Below are positions 60,831-64,000 of a stretch of DNA of 64,000 nucleotides, piece after piece. The notes beneath the pieces are model-generated. The model was not told the DNA's origin, searched no databases, and was given only the letters and a program-made list of their open reading frames with translations. Origin of the DNA: an uncultured archaeon. Lineage in GTDB: Archaea > Asgardarchaeota > Lokiarchaeia > Sigyniarchaeales > SOKP01. Made by a program: the position numbers and the translations under genes. Numbering within the stretch: the stretch's first letter is position 1; each line of letters opens with the position of its first letter. The stretch lies in assembly GCA_964388035.1 (NCBI GenBank), contig CAYLZE010000012.1:1-64000 (forward strand). Reading direction: 5' to 3'.

Positions 60831-61195
60831 TTAACTTCACTTCGTTTTTAAAATAAATACATACTAATTTTTTCTTTAACCAATATATCTTTTTTTTTCT
60901 ATTTAATTTACTTCATTTTACTTTATATAGTAAAATCTTATGAATCAAATAAATCATTTTAAAAAAAAAAAATATTGCACGTCTCAGAATAAAAAAATCG
61001 AAGTGCTGATAATTATTAATATATAAGTAAAGTTCATGAATTAGGTTATTTTAAAATCATTCAGAAACTTAATCATTTATAGATTATCACAAGAGATCTT
61101 AAACGTATACTTTTACATATATATTAATAAGTAATAATTAGAAAAAAATTGCTATTTTCGAATGATGCACATTAAAATCAAACTAAGGAATAAAG

Positions 61196-64000
61196 ATGGA
61201 GACTGAAAATAAAGAAAAGGTAAAGATCAAATTGGGAGGCATGACTTGCGCGTCATGTGCACTCAAAATAGAAACCAAGTTAGCAGGCTTGGAGGGAGTC
61301 GATAGTTCCGTTGTAAATTTCGCAAATGAAGAGGCTACCGTAGAATATAATCCCACAGTTACTAATTATAGAAGTTTCGATAAAGCAATAAAAGATTTGG
61401 GGTATAAAGCATCTTTAGCAAAAATTGATTTAAAAGTGGAGGATACTATAACGGAAGAACAGTTTAACAAATTAGTGGAAGAAGCTAAGAAAATCAAAGG
61501 TATCTATAGCATACGCAGTAATTTCGGTGCATTAAAACTTTTCATAGAGTTTAATGAATTAGAAATCGGGGAAGGTCAAGTATATTCAAGCTTAAAGAAA
61601 TTTGGCTATAATATTGAAAAATCCGCAGGTACTTTGGATAAAGAAATAGAAGCTCATAAGAAGGAAATGAAATATCGGTTAAGAATTTTGATTATATCAT
61701 TAATCTTTACCGCATTTATCGTGCCTATAAATTGGTTTGTTCCAGCAACCTTTTTACGCAATGTCATTTTAGCGATTATATCCACTGCGAATTATGGCGT
61801 GGCAGGTTCTTTCTTCTGGGGGGGAGCGTATAAATCGCTCAAAAATAGATCCGCCAACATGGACGTGCTAATCATATTAGGAACCACCACGGCATATGCG
61901 TATTCCCTATTAACGACTTTTTTCATTTCGGGTGATGTATTTTATGAAGCCATGAGCATGATATTCTCTTTCATTCTAATCGGGAAATATCTTGAACATA
62001 AAACAAAAGGTCAAGCATCCGAAGCAATTAAAAAATTAATCGGACTGCAACCAAAGACAGCTACGTTATTAAAAGATGCAAAAGAAATTGAAATTCCTAT
62101 CGAAGAAATAGAAAAAGGAGATATCTTGGTCGTGCGACCAGGTGAGAAAATTCCAGTCGATGGTGTTGTAATTAAAGGAAAGTCAAAAGTTGATGAATCC
62201 ATGATAACGGGCGAAAGTAAATATATTACAAAAGAAAGTAATAGTAAGGTTATTGGAGCAACCGTGAATCAGACAGGATTACTTCAAATCCAAACCGAAA
62301 AGATAGGAAAGGAGACCATGCTATATCAAATAATTGAATTTGTCAAAGAAGCCCAATCACGAAAAGGTGAAAAACAACGATTAGCAGATAGGGTAAGCAA
62401 TTATTTTGTTCCCATCGTCGTGCTTGTTGCTTCCATTGCTTTTATATATTGGTATTTCATTGCCCAAATGGGTTTAGAAACAGCATTACTTGTTTTCACC
62501 TCTGTCGTTGTCATATCCTGTCCTTGTGCATTGGGATTAGCTATACCTACTGCTATCATGGTAGGAACAGGAAAAGGCGCGGAGAACGGTTTGTTAATTA
62601 AAGGAGGAGACTCCTTAGAAGCAATAAATGGGATTAATACCATTGTATTTGATAAAACGGGAACATTAACCGTGGGCAAACCTAAAGTCGTTGAAATTTT
62701 CACGGAACAAGATTTGAAAGGCACGGGAATTTCAGAACGAGACTTGTTATTTTTTGCGGGAAGTGCAGAAATGGGTTCGGAACATCCGTTAGGATTAGCA
62801 ATAATCGAAGGAGCCAATCAAAAAGGGTTGTCGCTCAAAGAACCGGCAGATTTTGATGCTATTCCAGGAAAAGGACTCGTCGCTACGATTGATAATCGAG
62901 AAGTCCTTTTAGGAAGTCCAAAATTACTTGAAGAAAATCATGTTGATGCCGATAAGTACAAGGATAAGTTTGAAGAATACCAACTTCAAGGAAGAACTGT
63001 CATATATGTGAGTATAGATAAACAAGTGAAAGGAATAATTGGTATTTCTGATAAAATAAAAGATCAAGCTCCTTATGCTCTTAAACTTTTAGGAGAAATG
63101 GGAATAGAAATTTACATGCTCACGGGCGATAATAAACAAACGGCCTTGATTATCGGGAAAGAGTTAAAGATCGATGAGAACCACATATTTGCTGAAGTAT
63201 TGCCTAATCAAAAAGCTTTGACCATAAAAAACCTGCAAGAATCATCGGAAGGTAGAGTGGTCGCAATGGTTGGAGATGGAATTAATGATGCTCCTGCTTT
63301 GGCACAAGCAGACACGGGAATTGCCGTTGGTTCGGGCACGGATGTTGCTATTGAAACGGCAGATATCGTGTTAATGCGCGGAGATCTCAGAAATGTTGTT
63401 TCTGCAATCAAATTATCGAAGAAAACTTATAAGAAAATGATTACCAACCTTTTCTGGGCTTTAATATATAACATGATTGGTATCCCCCTTGCGGCCGGCG
63501 TGTTATTCATCGCTACGGGATATTTCTTGCCTCCATATTTAGCTGCAGTTTTCATGGCTTCGAGCTCGGTCTCAGTAGTCACTAATGCATTATTCTTGAA
63601 GAGATATGAACCCAAAACAGAACAACAACTTGAAGAAGAAAAGCTATTAATCGAAGAAAAGAAAGCTGTTGATCCCGTCTGTGGAATGGAAGTTGTCCCA
63701 AGTAGGGCTATTGAATATAAATACAAGGGGGAAAGCTTTTATTTCTGCAGTTCAAATTGTGAAGCACAATTCAAGCAAGATCCGGAAAAATTTAAAAATT
63801 ATGATAACATGAATCCTAAATTGATGCACCAAGGTCTGACCGAGCAAAATATTGTTACAGACCCCGTGTGCGGAATGAAAGGGAAACCAGAAGATTGGAT
63901 TGAATACAAATACGAAAATAAAAAATACTACTTTTGTAGCGAAAATTGTCTCAAAGAATTCAATTTAAATCCTTCAAAATATATAAAATCTGATGAAAAA
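61196..64000 (+). CDS. copA: Cu(I)-translocating P1B-type ATPase with two C-terminal YHS/TRASH domains; runs off the window, absent from the ORF track
   Basis: Manual translation: [40 protein letters not shown]...P, MASSS and DPVCGM twice. Confidence 0.93.
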   Translation, partial: METENKEKVKIKLGGMTCASCALKIETKLAGLEGVDSSVVNFANEEATVEYNPTVTNYRSFDKAIKDLGYKASLAKIDLKVEDTITEEQFNKLVEEAKKIKGIYSIRSNFGALKLFIEFNELEIGEGQVYSSLKKFGYNIEKSAGTLDKEIEAHKKEMKYRLRILIISLIFTAFIVPINWFVPATFLRNVILAIISTANYGVAGSFFWGGAYKSLKNRSANMDVLIILGTTTAYAYSLLTTFFISGDVFYEAMSMIFSFILIGKYLEHKTKGQASEAIKKLIGLQPKTATLLKDAKEIEIPIEEIEKGDILVVRPGEKIPVDGVVIKGKSKVDESMITGESKYITKESNSKVIGATVNQTGLLQIQTEKIGKETMLYQIIEFVKEAQSRKGEKQRLADRVSNYFVPIVVLVASIAFIYWYFIAQMGLETALLVFTSVVVISCPCALGLAIPTAIMVGTGKGAENGLLIKGGDSLEAINGINTIVFDKTGTLTVGKPKVVEIFTEQDLKGTGISERDLLFFAGSAEMGSEHPLGLAIIEGANQKGLSLKEPADFDAIPGKGLVATIDNREVLLGSPKLLEENHVDADKYKDKFEEYQLQGRTVIYVSIDKQVKGIIGISDKIKDQAPYALKLLGEMGIEIYMLTGDNKQTALIIGKELKIDENHIFAEVLPNQKALTIKNLQESSEGRVVAMVGDGINDAPALAQADTGIAVGSGTDVAIETADIVLMRGDLRNVVSAIKLSKKTYKKMITNLFWALIYNMIGIPLAAGVLFIATGYFLPPYLAAVFMASSSVSVVTNALFLKRYEPKTEQQLEEEKLLIEEKKAVDPVCGMEVVPSRAIEYKYKGESFYFCSSNCEAQFKQDPEKFKNYDNMNPKLMHQGLTEQNIVTDPVCGMKGKPEDWIEYKYENKKYYFCSENCLKEFNLNPSKYIKSDEK

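Noticed and set aside
62011-63726. Four minus-strand ORFs listed near the window end
   Set aside because: They are antisense to the continuous plus-strand copA frame

Overview
AT-rich, gene-dense archaeal chromosomal segment. Its content points to an Asgard archaeon, probably of the Lokiarchaeia type (inference): a tandem Roadblock protein, a uDENN/longin protein, Rpn11-like JAB/MPN proteins, LRR/TPR proteins, a PAC2 proteasome chaperone and an AfpA-type flavoprotein. About 55 CDS are supported, two of them missing from the supplied ORF track (a 58-aa ORF at 1375-1551 and a CopA-type ATPase from 61196 running off the window). No rRNA, tRNA, CRISPR array or transposase was recognised. The strongest candidate for an undescribed system is a three-gene JAB/MPN cluster (47.6-52.5 kb). 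In it a catalytically intact MPN+ gene is translationally coupled to a catalytically dead MPN- paralogue, both with long helical tails, echoing eukaryotic Rpn11/Rpn8, CSN5/CSN6 and BRCC36/Abraxas heterodimers. Other candidates: a fused glutamate-mutase-like B12 enzyme coupled to an opine dehydrogenase with a possible switchable leader, a coupled pair of coiled-coil/winged-helix paralogues, and an NPRL2-like longin/winged-helix protein. All family assignments come from motif recognition by eye; no database searches were run.
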